From Ilumatobacteraceae bacterium (GTDB lineage Bacteria; Actinomycetota; Acidimicrobiia; Acidimicrobiales; Ilumatobacteraceae), in assembly GCA_038100275.1 (NCBI GenBank), contig JAYNVD010000005.1:3924-67923 (forward strand): DNA of 64,000 nt, written 5' to 3'. Under the pieces are notes generated by a model that worked only from the letters and a program-made list of their open reading frames with translations, did no database searches and was not told the DNA's origin. The position numbers and the translations under genes were made by a program. Each line of letters opens with the position of its first letter. Position 1 is the stretch's first letter. This document shows positions 41,619-54,240 of the stretch, in pieces.

Positions 41619-42860
41619 TCGCCCGACAAGATCGTCGTATCCGCGATCGATGTGGCCTACTCCGCTAATTGTTGTCTCTCCATCGGCAGCAAGCCCAGCA
41701 ACGACAAGGGCGGCACCAGCACGGATGTCGTGAGCGGTTACAGCAGCTCCTGACAATCGTTCCACTCCAGTGATCTCCGCATGGTGCTCGTGCATCGTGA
41801 TCTTCGCTCCGAGTGCCTGCAACTCGTTGATGTATTTAAATCGGCCTGGGTACAGATTTTCAGTGACGACAGCCGACCCATTTGCAACGGACAGCATGGC
41901 GATAACCAGCGGCTTGTAGTCGGTCGCAACGCCCGGGTATGGCAGGGTCTGCACGTCGACCGCCAACAGCCTCTTCGATGATGCGACTCGCAGGCCAACG
42001 TCGTCAAGATCCGTGAACACGAGACCCATCTCGGTGCAGCGATGCAAGAACATCTGCATGTCAGGGCGACGGGCGTCGACCATGTCGACCTCGCCTCCTG
42101 CGACAGCAACCGAGGCAATGTAGGTCGCTGCCTGAATTCGGTCAGGAACGACGCTATGAGAAGCAGAATGCAGTGCCCCACGAGACACCCCGGTGATTCT
42201 CAGAGTTGATTCCCCTATTCCTTCGATCTGGGCTCCCATCGCCACGAGAAAGCGACAGAGGTCTGCCACTTCAGGCTCACGGGCTGCACCATCAATTGTC
42301 GTTACCCCGTCTGCAAGAACGGCGGCCGTGACGAGATTCTCTGTGGCGCCCACGCTGGGGAATGAAAATCGAATATTCGCTCCACGGAGCCGAGGAGCGT
42401 GCACGGTGAGGACCCCGTCAGTGAAGTAGCAGCTCGCGCCCATTGCCTCAAGCCCTGAAATGTGCATATCAATCGGACGTAATCCAAAGTCGTCACCACC
42501 TGGGAGCGCAATCTTGATCTCTCCAAAACGAGCAACGAGTGGGCCGAGCAAATTGATTGACGCCCGCAGTTGACCGGCGAGATCGGCCGGCACCTCGGTT
42601 GATAGATCTCCATCGTGACGAATGAGAAGGGAACCATCAACTGCTCGTTCAACGGTGGACCCGATCGCGCGAAGGATCTGGGACATGATGTCGACATCAG
42701 CAATTCCCGGCACGTTGTTGATCGTGAATTCACCGTCAGCGAGCACTGTTGCCGCCATGAGTTTCAGAACCGAATTCTTTGCACCTGGCACGCGAACAGT
42801 CCCCTCAAGTGGGCCGTCGTGGTCGATACGAATGACAGGCTCAGTTACACCGCTCGTCAT
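41583..42860 (-). CDS. murA: UDP-N-acetylglucosamine 1-carboxyvinyltransferase
   Basis: Start moved to ATG 42860 (MTSGVTEPVIRIDHDGPLEGTVRVPGAKNSVLKLMAA). The active-site loop reads LPGGDDFGLRPID, with Asp where E. coli has Cys115. Confidence 0.93.
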   Translation of the reverse strand: MTSGVTEPVIRIDHDGPLEGTVRVPGAKNSVLKLMAATVLADGEFTINNVPGIADVDIMSQILRAIGSTVERAVDGSLLIRHDGDLSTEVPADLAGQLRASINLLGPLVARFGEIKIALPGGDDFGLRPIDMHISGLEAMGASCYFTDGVLTVHAPRLRGANIRFSFPSVGATENLVTAAVLADGVTTIDGAAREPEVADLCRFLVAMGAQIEGIGESTLRITGVSRGALHSASHSVVPDRIQAATYIASVAVAGGEVDMVDARRPDMQMFLHRCTEMGLVFTDLDDVGLRVASSKRLLAVDVQTLPYPGVATDYKPLVIAMLSVANGSAVVTENLYPGRFKYINELQALGAKITMHEHHAEITGVERLSGAAVTAHDIRAGAALVVAGLAADGETTISGVGHIDRGYDDLVGRLREIGVGISRD

Positions 42861-42874
42861 CTCTGTCCTGTCAT

Positions 42875-44431
42875 GTGGCACTGCAACAGTATGCTCCCGC
42901 CGTGACGGTAAGTCGGGGCACTCGAACAGTGACACGGTCATGGGCACGGAGCAACCATGCACTCTCAGTGCTAACCGCTTCACGAAATGATGTCGTTCAA
43001 GAGAGCGCACCGACCATTGACGAAAACGGGAACCACACGTTTTCGATAACTGAAGGACCATTTTCCCATTGGGAGCGACAGGTCACCCTCAGCGCTGGCT
43101 CAATCACAGAGCGGACGAGTTACCGAATCGATATTCCCTGGTTCGGATGGGTCTTCGCGCTTCCCGTTTTTTTCTTCGTGCGACGTTCCGGCGCATCCAA
43201 TCCGACATCGACTTCATCTATCGATCGCATACCGTGGTGGGCGCCACCAGATCGCCTAAATGCGCGCCAGGTGATGATCCTCGGACTGCTTGCTGCTGCT
43301 GCCATGAGTTCGGCGTTCACCAATACAGTCTTCACTCAAACCGTCACCTTCGCGGCCGACGACTTCGGTGTTGGCAACACTGGCGTTGGAATAGCTGGAG
43401 CACTGGTGCGTGCTGGAATTCTCATCACAATTCCCTTGGCGATTGCCGGCGATCGTGTTGGCCGTCGAAAAGTTGTCGTTGCGATGGCTTGGGCAGCTCC
43501 GATTGTCACGGCCGCTGGCGCACTTGCGCCAAACTTTCCATTGCTCGTGGCAACCCAAAGTATCGGTCGGCCACTGGGTCTCGCCCTCGACTTCCTGATT
43601 GCGGTCATTGCAGCCGAGGAAATGCCTCGAGGCTCTCGTGCCTATGCCGTCGGAATCATGGCGATGGCAAGCGGGCTTGGGGCCGGAGTTGCCGTCATGG
43701 CGCTTCCTCTCACCGATATCGGCCCATCAGGGTGGAGATGGGTCTTTGCCATCACTCTCATTTGGCTTGTCGTCGCAGTCGACATTGCTCGTCGGCTTCC
43801 CGAATCGCAACGCTTCACCAGGCCGCATGCTGAGCACGTCCCGTTGCACCGTCAGAGATTCGCCACACTTGCTGCGATTCTTGTTGGCGTCAATCTCCTC
43901 GTTGCCCCCGCAAGTTTCTTTCAAAACCGGTACCTCAGCGACATCCGCGACCTTTCCGGATCAGCGATTTCGTTCTTCAGTCTTGCCACCGCGACACCTG
44001 CGGCCCTTGGCCTCATCATTGGAGGGCGTGCGGCTGATCGGCGAGGCCGTCGCCATCTCATCGCGATCTCACTGCCCCTCGCTGCGCTACTGATCGTTGC
44101 CTCGTTCAGCCTTGGCGGAGCCCCAATGTGGATCACTGCATTTGGTGGCGGGCTACTTGGCGGTGTCGCCTACCCCGCACTTGCCGTGTACCGGGCAGAG
44201 CTGTTCCCGACCGGTAACAGAAGCCGGGCTGCCGGGCTGCTGACCGTCGCTGCGCTTCTCGGTGGAATTGGTGGGCTCCTTGGAGCCGGAGCACTCCTTG
44301 ATCGAGGGTGGGATTACCGGTCTGTAATGGGTGTGCTGATGGTCGGGCAACTCGTTGCGGTTGTTCTCGTGCTGGTGGGGCTTCCGGAAACAGCTCAGCG
44401 GGAGCTTGAAGACATCAGTTCTGACATGTGA
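42875..44431 (+). CDS. MFS transporter with an unusual ~130-aa N-terminal extension; start uncertain
   Basis: 518-aa maximal ORF. The 12-TM MFS core begins near VMILGLLAAAAMSS with the motif GDRVGRRKV. The upstream part contains FSITEGPFSHWERQV and one extra hydrophobic helix. Only 14 nt separate the maximal start from the murA start. Confidence 0.75.
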   Translation: MALQQYAPAVTVSRGTRTVTRSWARSNHALSVLTASRNDVVQESAPTIDENGNHTFSITEGPFSHWERQVTLSAGSITERTSYRIDIPWFGWVFALPVFFFVRRSGASNPTSTSSIDRIPWWAPPDRLNARQVMILGLLAAAAMSSAFTNTVFTQTVTFAADDFGVGNTGVGIAGALVRAGILITIPLAIAGDRVGRRKVVVAMAWAAPIVTAAGALAPNFPLLVATQSIGRPLGLALDFLIAVIAAEEMPRGSRAYAVGIMAMASGLGAGVAVMALPLTDIGPSGWRWVFAITLIWLVVAVDIARRLPESQRFTRPHAEHVPLHRQRFATLAAILVGVNLLVAPASFFQNRYLSDIRDLSGSAISFFSLATATPAALGLIIGGRAADRRGRRHLIAISLPLAALLIVASFSLGGAPMWITAFGGGLLGGVAYPALAVYRAELFPTGNRSRAAGLLTVAALLGGIGGLLGAGALLDRGWDYRSVMGVLMVGQLVAVVLVLVGLPETAQRELEDISSDM

Positions 44432-44449
44432 GGAGGCATTGCCACCCGG

Positions 44450-45145
44450 TCAGGTCTTCGTGAGAATGCGTCGAGCCTCCGCTAATTCGCGAATCGCGGC
44501 ACTCGCGTCTTCGTGTGCTCCGCCATGATCTGGATGGACATTTCTCATCTGCTGCCGGTATCGACGAGAAACCTCTCGCGAGGAAGGCTCCTTCTCAGAA
44601 ATTGGGAACCCAAGTCGTTCCAGAGCCCATGCCCGAGGATCTGCAAGAGCGGCGAGCGACGAACTTTGCGCCCCCGCAAGAAATGCCACCATTGCAGGAC
44701 CGATCGGACCTTTCCAGCGCAATGCTTTGGTCAAGACCTCCGCGATCGGGCCTCGGTGCTGTTGGTCGATTCGCTCTATTGCGTAGATCGCACCAAGAAC
44801 CTGAGCGAGTTCTCCCCCACGATCAGCAAATTCGAACGACATCTCATCACCCTCGCCGATAAGGCGATGTGTGCTCACTGCAAGACCGTGTCGATCGACT
44901 TGGTAGCGATTACGCATTCGTGGCTGCACAATCCGACGACCATCGCCAACATCGCGTATGAGATGAGAGAGGCCGATCTGGTCATCGTTGCTGAGTTCTC
45001 GCGCGTGTTTTGCGATAACCGCTCCGAGCAAGATGCCGCCAAGTCCTGGTGCAGGCTCTACAGGAAGGATGATGTTGCCGAGTGCCACCCGTCGTGTGGG
45101 TTGGGCCTGCCGCGAGTGGAAGATTTCCAGTTCGGCAAGCAACAT
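44450..45145 (-). CDS. Protein with a C-terminal J-domain (HPD motif) and an unrecognised ~170-aa N-terminal domain
   Basis: 231 aa. The C-terminus SSREVSRRYRQQMRNVHPDHGGAHEDASAAIRELAEARRIL matches J-domain helix II, the HPD loop and helix III. Confidence 0.7.
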   Translation of the reverse strand: MLLAELEIFHSRQAQPTRRVALGNIILPVEPAPGLGGILLGAVIAKHARELSNDDQIGLSHLIRDVGDGRRIVQPRMRNRYQVDRHGLAVSTHRLIGEGDEMSFEFADRGGELAQVLGAIYAIERIDQQHRGPIAEVLTKALRWKGPIGPAMVAFLAGAQSSSLAALADPRAWALERLGFPISEKEPSSREVSRRYRQQMRNVHPDHGGAHEDASAAIRELAEARRILTKT

Positions 45146-45195
45146 GACGACGAGCGTAGCGACGCTCGTCGACTACGTCGTTTTGTGCTCAGAAC

Positions 45196-45903
45196 TCACA
45201 CCCATGGGCGGCAGAGATCGCGCAGTTCACGCGCTGCAGTAGAGATATTTTCGGGGTCAAATGGCTCTTCCGTGAATGAACCCGCGAGTTGTTGAACGGC
45301 CGAGAACACTGACATCCAGGTGTTGCGAGCAACTCCATACGGCGGTGAGGTCTCTGACAATTTCGGTACAAGATCAAATAGTTGCATCCGTGCTGTTGCA
45401 TCATCGACCGAACGGGCAAGATTGTCCCCAATCGAAAAGAGTGTGTTCAGTGCACCATCTGGTGCAGAACTGTCGAGGACAGCGAGATCGCCCGACTCGA
45501 TTGCGTCGAGTAACTCGTCGACATCGTCGCCCGCATCGCTGATCACGAACAGAGAGTCACCTTCCCAACGATGAGGTATTTCCCCCGCAATCAGTTGCTC
45601 GTTGAGTACACCGCGCTCTGAGACCGACCATTCGTCGAGTTGAAATTCGATTGCGTCTTCATCATCGTCTAGCGGCACAGGAAATGGACCGATTTCGCGT
45701 TCCAAACGCTCAAAGATGTCATCGGTAGCGTCTTCAGCACCTTCAGGGACAACAAGTTCGTCACCGCGCCACGTGTGCGGGATCGACGCTGCGGCAAGCG
45801 ACTCAACAAGGGCGCTTCGTTGATCGGCATCCCACACCGTCAGGTCATAAAAGACATTGACGGAATCTTCATCATTTGCGTCAAACTCTTGGTCGTCGGT
45901 CAC
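45196..45903 (-). CDS. Acidic hypothetical protein with an internal duplicated ~37-aa module
   Basis: 235 aa. Repeats are VFYDLTVWDADQRSALVESLAAASIPHTWRGDELVVP and IEFQLDEWSVSERGVLNEQLIAGEIPHRWEGDSLFVIS. No family recognised. Confidence 0.6.
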   Translation of the reverse strand: MTDDQEFDANDEDSVNVFYDLTVWDADQRSALVESLAAASIPHTWRGDELVVPEGAEDATDDIFERLEREIGPFPVPLDDDEDAIEFQLDEWSVSERGVLNEQLIAGEIPHRWEGDSLFVISDAGDDVDELLDAIESGDLAVLDSSAPDGALNTLFSIGDNLARSVDDATARMQLFDLVPKLSETSPPYGVARNTWMSVFSAVQQLAGSFTEEPFDPENISTAARELRDLCRPWV

Positions 45904-45939
45904 GCGATGACACTACCCGTTTCACCGTTGCACCAATTT

Positions 45940-47730
45940 TCACTGAGTGGTGAGTGAGCTGAGAAATGATTCGATGAGTTCGTATTCTCGTCGCCGGTTC
46001 TCGGGTTCCCGAAAGCCATGCCCTTCGCCCTCAAACTCCACATACTCAATTGAGACTCCATTCTCGGTCAGCTTGTCTCGGAGTGTCCGGCTCTGCTCCA
46101 CTGGCACGACCGGATCATCGGTGCCGTGCATGAGAAGAACGGGGCGCCGAATTGCAGATGCTCGGCCAACCATCGACCGCTCAGCAAATACAGGGTCACC
46201 AACTAACCCGATAAGAGAATCGTTGTAGTGAGCCTCAAACCGATGTGTAGCTCCGGCCAATGCCGCTGCATCACTCACCGGGTATAGCGCAACCCCTCCA
46301 GCGACAGTCTCAGGATGATCGATTAAGACACCGAGAACGGACATACCGCCTGAAGATGAACCCATTACCGCCGTTGATGATGCGGTCGCCCATCCACGTC
46401 GATGACACTCTGAGATCACTGCTGCTACGTCGTCAACATCACGCCGACCCCATCCTCCTCGCAACGACTGTGTAAACGAACGGCCGTGGCCAGTTGTTCC
46501 TCGCGGATCCGGAATGATGACGTCCCATCCACGCGACTGCCAATACACCGCTCGAGGCATGAACTCGACTTGCCATTGATCGGTGGGGCCGCCATGGATA
46601 TGCACAAGGCACCGCCCCTGACCTGCTGCGTACCGCCGAAACGGGATCTGAACGCCATCGACGTCGGCCATCTCAAGCGTCGGCTCAGTAAGTTCAACCT
46701 CAGACCATTCCTTCGCTGGCCCCGTCGCAAGAATGACCCGTTTCCAATCTGAACTGTTGAGGACTGACCCGTCTCGATCAAGGGTGTACATCACGAGTTG
46801 GTGAGGCGTCCGAGCGCCGCTACGGAGGGCACTAATCCCAGCAGTTCCCCAGTGCAACTGATGGTGCACCCCTCTACCGATCACCACTGACTCTCTGGAG
46901 TCAATTGAGGCAACACAGAGCTCTCCGAACCCTCCAACGTTGCGGGTGTACGCAAGGTAAGCCTCATCTGGCGACACCGCAAATGAGCGTTGTGAGGCTC
47001 CCCATGACGGTCCGCCGTGTTCTACGCCATCGGCAATCAATACTGCATCATCTCGCCAGAGGTTGAGCCATCCGGTGTCGTCTCGAAGGGTGATCACTCC
47101 GCCTGTAGTCGGAGTGATCTGTTGTTGTTGGCCCGAACCTTCAACCACCGCACACTCCCGGCGGTCGAGGTCACGTCGCACTTGCACCGAGTGATCCCAT
47201 GGCATATTTGGCACCGACCACGCCTGCCACGCAACTGAGAGACCGTTCGCGTGGCGCATCACTGCCGGATCAGCGCAGAAATCGTGATCACCACTATCGA
47301 GCCGCTCCGCCTGATCTCCGTTGATTGGCACCATCCACACTGAGCCACGGTCAGACGTCACCACAACGGCATCTCGCTCTGGAAGCGCTACCGGGCTTTC
47401 AATGGCCTTCCCTGGAGTTGCCAACTCGACAGTTGATGGCGAGGCACGATCAGCCCAGAACCTCAGGCTGCCATCTTGCGCCACGTAGATGATTGCTTCG
47501 TTCTCGGAGTACCAGCACCATACGCCGCCACTTCCACCTCGACCCGAGGCTGGGGGCACATCTACATCTCGAACAAACTCGTTCTTGCCATCAACGCTCA
47601 CCTCAACAAAGGAGGTCATCTCGCCTGATGGACGTGCAAGGTAGAGCACCGACTGACCACCAGGTGACGGTCGAGGCTCGGTGATATCACGACCGAAGAT
47701 GCACATCTCGATCGTCGGGGAAGCGCCCAT
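45940..47730 (-). CDS. S9-family serine peptidase (prolyl oligopeptidase / acylaminoacyl-peptidase type)
   Basis: N-terminal beta-propeller region plus C-terminal alpha/beta hydrolase with GSSSGGMS (GxSxGG) and EGEGHGF. The maximal ORF starts at 47754, only 6 nt from divergent glpX. ATG 47730 or ATG 47706 is the more likely start. Confidence 0.85.
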   Translation of the reverse strand: MGASPTIEMCIFGRDITEPRPSPGGQSVLYLARPSGEMTSFVEVSVDGKNEFVRDVDVPPASGRGGSGGVWCWYSENEAIIYVAQDGSLRFWADRASPSTVELATPGKAIESPVALPERDAVVVTSDRGSVWMVPINGDQAERLDSGDHDFCADPAVMRHANGLSVAWQAWSVPNMPWDHSVQVRRDLDRRECAVVEGSGQQQQITPTTGGVITLRDDTGWLNLWRDDAVLIADGVEHGGPSWGASQRSFAVSPDEAYLAYTRNVGGFGELCVASIDSRESVVIGRGVHHQLHWGTAGISALRSGARTPHQLVMYTLDRDGSVLNSSDWKRVILATGPAKEWSEVELTEPTLEMADVDGVQIPFRRYAAGQGRCLVHIHGGPTDQWQVEFMPRAVYWQSRGWDVIIPDPRGTTGHGRSFTQSLRGGWGRRDVDDVAAVISECHRRGWATASSTAVMGSSSGGMSVLGVLIDHPETVAGGVALYPVSDAAALAGATHRFEAHYNDSLIGLVGDPVFAERSMVGRASAIRRPVLLMHGTDDPVVPVEQSRTLRDKLTENGVSIEYVEFEGEGHGFREPENRRREYELIESFLSSLTTQ

Positions 47731-47760
47731 ACTGCTGACGGTACCTCCCGGCACTACCGT

Positions 47761-48765
47761 ATGGGTATGTCCGAATCGAGCGCTCAGCGCCCAGACCGCA
47801 ACCTTGCCCTTGAACTCGTACGCGCAACCGAATCTGCATCTCTTGCCGCGGCACGCTGGGTAGGTCGAGGCGACAAAGAAGGAGCTGATGCCGCCGCAGT
47901 CGATGCAATGCGTCTCAGCCTGTCGACGGTCCAGATGAATGGCGTCGTCATCATTGGCGAAGGCGAAAAAGACGACGCCCCGATGCTGTACAACGGCGAG
48001 GTGGTCGGCGATGGAAGCGACCCACAGGTCGACGTGGCAGTTGACCCGATCGACGGAACCACGCTGACTGCGATGGGCCTCAACAATGCCCTGTCGGTCA
48101 TCGCGGTTGGCGAGCGCGGTTCAATGTTCGATCCCGGCCCTTCGTTCTACATGAAGAAGATTGCAGTCGGTCCCGAAGCGGCCGGTTGCATCGATATCAC
48201 GGCGAGCCCCTCACAAAACCTTCGCTGGATTGCAAAAGCGAAGCAGACCACGGTTCGAGACCTCACCGCAGTCATTCTTGATCGTCCGCGGCACCAAGAC
48301 CTCATCGACGAGGTCCGCTCGACCGGCGCACGTATACGACTCATTCGTGACGGCGATGTCTATGGAGCAATCGCAACCTCATGGCCTGACGCCGGTGTCG
48401 ACGTTCTTTTCGGAGTCGGTGGCACCCCAGAAGGCGTCATCAGCGCAGCAGCTCTCAAGAGCATGGGCGGTGAAATTCAAGCAGTCATCGACCCACAATC
48501 AGATGAAGAGCTTGCCAACGTCAAAGCCGCCGGTATTGACATGGGACGCGTCCTCAATCAAGACGACCTAGTTCAGGGCGACAACTGCTTCTTTGCAGCA
48601 ACTGGACTTACTGACGGGCAGCTACTTCGAGGAGTTCGGTTCGATGCACGCGGCGCAAGGACCCAGAGTCTTGTGATGCGTTCACGCTCAGGAACTGTGC
48701 GCTTTATTGATGCCCGCCACCGAGTGCGGAAACTTCAAGAATTCTCAGCGATCGATTACACCTGA
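47761..48765 (+). CDS. glpX: Class II fructose-1,6-bisphosphatase
   Basis: 334 aa. [24 protein letters not shown] and GGTPEGV blocks. Confidence 0.93.
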   Translation: MGMSESSAQRPDRNLALELVRATESASLAAARWVGRGDKEGADAAAVDAMRLSLSTVQMNGVVIIGEGEKDDAPMLYNGEVVGDGSDPQVDVAVDPIDGTTLTAMGLNNALSVIAVGERGSMFDPGPSFYMKKIAVGPEAAGCIDITASPSQNLRWIAKAKQTTVRDLTAVILDRPRHQDLIDEVRSTGARIRLIRDGDVYGAIATSWPDAGVDVLFGVGGTPEGVISAAALKSMGGEIQAVIDPQSDEELANVKAAGIDMGRVLNQDDLVQGDNCFFAATGLTDGQLLRGVRFDARGARTQSLVMRSRSGTVRFIDARHRVRKLQEFSAIDYT

Positions 48766-49157
48766 ACGCCAGCAGCGCTGAGGCGAGCATTCGCTCGTCC
48801 AAGTGCCGCAACAGCGGAGGCATCGTGCTCGCCACGCAACTGTGACTCAGCTCGCTCTTTCGCAGCACGAGCACGCTCAACGTCAATTTGAGAGGCAATC
48901 TCTGCAGTGTCAGAAAGAATCGACACCTTGTTGTTGCTCACCTCGACAAAACCGCCGTGAACAGCGATGTCTTCAGTTGAGCCGTCAGCGAGAAAGACCC
49001 GCGTGTGGCTTTGTGTCAACGCACCAAGAAATGCAGCGTGACCAGGCTGAAACGCGATCTCTCCACCACCGAGGGTTCGGGTGATGACCATCGTGGCATC
49101 ACCCGAATACAGCACCGCCTCAGGCGATACAACCTCTACCTTCATGGTGGCTGACAT
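48756..49157 (-). CDS. atpC: F1 ATP synthase epsilon subunit
   Basis: 133 aa. Beta-sandwich N-domain ([13 protein letters not shown]) plus helical C-domain. Last gene of the atp operon. 10-nt convergent overlap with glpX. Confidence 0.9.
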   Translation of the reverse strand: MSATMKVEVVSPEAVLYSGDATMVITRTLGGGEIAFQPGHAAFLGALTQSHTRVFLADGSTEDIAVHGGFVEVSNNKVSILSDTAEIASQIDVERARAAKERAESQLRGEHDASAVAALGRANARLSAAGVQV

Positions 49158-49160
49158 CGA

Positions 49161-51567
<2,407 letters not shown>

Positions 51568-51572
51568 CTAGA

Positions 51573-53168
51573 TCACTCCGTGGCGAGGGTCTTGTCGGAA
51601 TTTGCGTCGCCAACCTCGTCGGCATCAACTGCCGTTGGGTCTGCACTCACACCAGATGCGGCGCTAGCGGCGACAAACGAATCTTTGAAGGACTGAACGA
51701 TGTCGTCAAGGCTGTCAGGAACGCCTGCTGAGCGGATCTCTTGCAGGAGACCAGCGTGACGGCTGCGCATGAACTCAAGGAGTTCTTGCTCGAAGCGACT
51801 GACATCAGCGACTGGGACGTCGTCGATGTACCCCTTGGTGCCGGCGAAGATCGACACAACCTGCTCCTCAACCGACATTGGGCTGTTGAGTGGCTGCTTC
51901 AGCAGTTCGACGAGGCGATAGCCACGCTCGAGCTGTGCTTTTGACACGGCGTCAAGCTCTGAACCGAAGGTTGCGAATGCTTCGAGCTCACGGAACTGTG
52001 CGAGGTCGAGCTTCAGCGTTCCGGCAACACCCTTCATCGACTTGATCTGGGCTGCGCCACCAACACGTGACACCGAGATACCTACGTCGACGGCGGGACG
52101 AACACCTGACTTGAAGAGGTTGTCCTGCAGGTACACCTGGCCATCTGTAATTGAAATCACGTTGGTCGGAATGAATGCAGAAACGTCTCCGGCCTTCGTC
52201 TCAATGATCGGAAGTGCGGTGAGTGAGCCTGCGCCGTTCTCATCAGAGAGCTTTGCGGCACGCTCGAGCAAACGGCTGTGCAAGTAGAACACGTCACCTG
52301 GGTATGCCTCACGGCCTGGAGGGCGGCGAAGGAGCAGTGACATCTGGCGATATGCCTCAGCCTGCTTTGACAGGTCGTCGTATACGACGAGAGCGTGCTC
52401 GCCCTTTTCCATCCAGTGCTGGCCCATTGCGCAACCTGCGTACGGAGCAAGGTACTTGAATGGTGCTGAGTCAGCGGCTGGAGCGGTCACCACGACGGTG
52501 TACTCCATGGCGCCGGCTTCACGCAGCGTCTCAACGGTCTGAGCGACAGTTGAACCCTTCTGGCCGATTGCGACGTAGATGCACTTCACGCCCTGGCCCT
52601 TTTGGTTAAGGATCGTGTCGATTGCAACGGTGGTCTTACCAGTCTTACGGTCACCAATGATGAGCTCACGCTGACCACGGCCAATTGGCGTCATCGCGTC
52701 GATGGCCTTGATTCCAGTTTGGAGCGGCTCGTGCACAGGCTTGCGACCCATGATGCCAGGAGCCTGGATTTCCATACGGCGCATTTCAACGCCGACGAGG
52801 TCACCCTTGCCATCAACCGGCTCGCCGATCGCGTTTACAACGCGACCGAGTACACCATCGCCCGATGGCACTGAAAGAATGCGGCCGGTTGCAGTAACCG
52901 ACTGGCCTTCTTCAATCTGGTCTGATGAACCGAGGACAACAGCACCAATCGAGCCTTCATCGAGGTTCAGCGCAAGTCCGAGAACTCCACCAGGGAATTC
53001 CAAGAGCTCGTTCACCGCTGCGTCGGGCAGGCCGGCAACGCGGGCAATACCGTCACCAACTTCAATGACGCGACCAACGGTGCGAGCCTCGACCGACGGC
53101 TCATAGCCATCGAGGTTCTTTGTGATTGCTGCCGCAATATCGGCAGCGGAAAGTGTGAGTTCAGCCAT
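51573..53168 (-). CDS. atpA: F1 ATP synthase alpha subunit (with a ~30-aa acidic C-terminal extension)
   Basis: 531 aa with Walker A GDRKTGKT. The sequence continues 33 residues past the usual ..SFKDSF end. Confidence 0.95.
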   Translation of the reverse strand: MAELTLSAADIAAAITKNLDGYEPSVEARTVGRVIEVGDGIARVAGLPDAAVNELLEFPGGVLGLALNLDEGSIGAVVLGSSDQIEEGQSVTATGRILSVPSGDGVLGRVVNAIGEPVDGKGDLVGVEMRRMEIQAPGIMGRKPVHEPLQTGIKAIDAMTPIGRGQRELIIGDRKTGKTTVAIDTILNQKGQGVKCIYVAIGQKGSTVAQTVETLREAGAMEYTVVVTAPAADSAPFKYLAPYAGCAMGQHWMEKGEHALVVYDDLSKQAEAYRQMSLLLRRPPGREAYPGDVFYLHSRLLERAAKLSDENGAGSLTALPIIETKAGDVSAFIPTNVISITDGQVYLQDNLFKSGVRPAVDVGISVSRVGGAAQIKSMKGVAGTLKLDLAQFRELEAFATFGSELDAVSKAQLERGYRLVELLKQPLNSPMSVEEQVVSIFAGTKGYIDDVPVADVSRFEQELLEFMRSRHAGLLQEIRSAGVPDSLDDIVQSFKDSFVAASAASGVSADPTAVDADEVGDANSDKTLATE

Positions 53169-53179
53169 GACGTGTTCTC

Positions 53180-53707
53180 CTAGAGACGGCTCTTCAACTG
53201 ATCAAGACGGGTACGAACGCTTCCGTCGATGACGCTGTCACCAACGGTTGCGACGACTCCACCGATGACGGTGGGGTCAATAACAACTTTGAGGTTCACC
53301 TCATGCCCTGACGAATTTGTCAACGCCGCTTTCAAACGGCTGACCTGGTCGTCAGACAGCGCAACTGCGGTGCGAACTTCGGCAACAGCAAGGCTCTTCG
53401 AAGCGGATGCTCGGGCAACGAGGCTGTCGATGATCTCAGGAAGATCACGACCACGGCCTGAACCGATGACCATCGATACCAACTGCATCGTGGTTGCGGT
53501 CGCCTTATCGCCGAGGAGAGTCTCGACAATTGCTTGACGACGCTCGGCCGGCACCATGTCATCGGTAAGGGCGGCGCGAAGTGCGTCGCTTGACTCGTAT
53601 GAGCGAGCAAACCTAAATAACTCGTCTTCGACCTCATCGAGGTTGCCCTCGGCACGGGCGATTTCGAAGAGGGCTCGTGCATAACCCTCGATACGTGCAT
53701 CACTCAT
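53180..53707 (-). CDS. atpH: F1 ATP synthase delta (OSCP) subunit
   Basis: 175 aa. [10 protein letters not shown]-terminus and operon position between b and alpha. Confidence 0.88.
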   Translation of the reverse strand: MSDARIEGYARALFEIARAEGNLDEVEDELFRFARSYESSDALRAALTDDMVPAERRQAIVETLLGDKATATTMQLVSMVIGSGRGRDLPEIIDSLVARASASKSLAVAEVRTAVALSDDQVSRLKAALTNSSGHEVNLKVVIDPTVIGGVVATVGDSVIDGSVRTRLDQLKSRL

Positions 53708-54240
53708 GATCCTGCACCTACCTTCTGGATGAAGTCTTCAATGAGAGCTTGCTGTGTCGCATCGTCTAGCGAGTCGGCAACTAGCTGATCGACAACCGAC
53801 GATGAGATACGAGATACTTCGACCCGAAGTTCGTCACCCATACGGCCGGCCAAACCAGCGGCTTCAACTTGGGCTCGAGCCTCAAGTTCGGCGACCTCAG
53901 CTGCTAGGCGATCACGACCTTCTGAAAGAAGTGCCGCTGCTTGAGCATCTGCATCTGCCAGGAGACGAGCACGCTCTGAAGCGATGTCGCCAGCTGCACG
54001 GCGAATCTCTTCGGCTTCGGTGCGTGCTGAGTCGAGTGCTTCTGCTGCGCCATCGAGTTCTGCCTGAATCTTCGCTGTGCGATCTGCCATGCCCTTCTTA
54101 GCGGCAGGACCAGCAAACTTGTACAGCAAGCCAAAAATGATGATGGAGGCAAGACCACCGTAGATGAGCTCGGAGGTTGCGGGAAGCAACCAGTTAACAC
54201 TCTGTGCGGGGTCGATATTTCCTGCTGCAATCAGGTTCAT
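53704..54240 (-). CDS. atpF: Fo ATP synthase subunit b
   Basis: 178 aa. One N-terminal TM helix (LIYGGLASIIIFGLLYKF) followed by a long Ala/Glu/Arg-rich helix. Confidence 0.88.
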   Translation of the reverse strand: MNLIAAGNIDPAQSVNWLLPATSELIYGGLASIIIFGLLYKFAGPAAKKGMADRTAKIQAELDGAAEALDSARTEAEEIRRAAGDIASERARLLADADAQAAALLSEGRDRLAAEVAELEARAQVEAAGLAGRMGDELRVEVSRISSSVVDQLVADSLDDATQQALIEDFIQKVGAGS

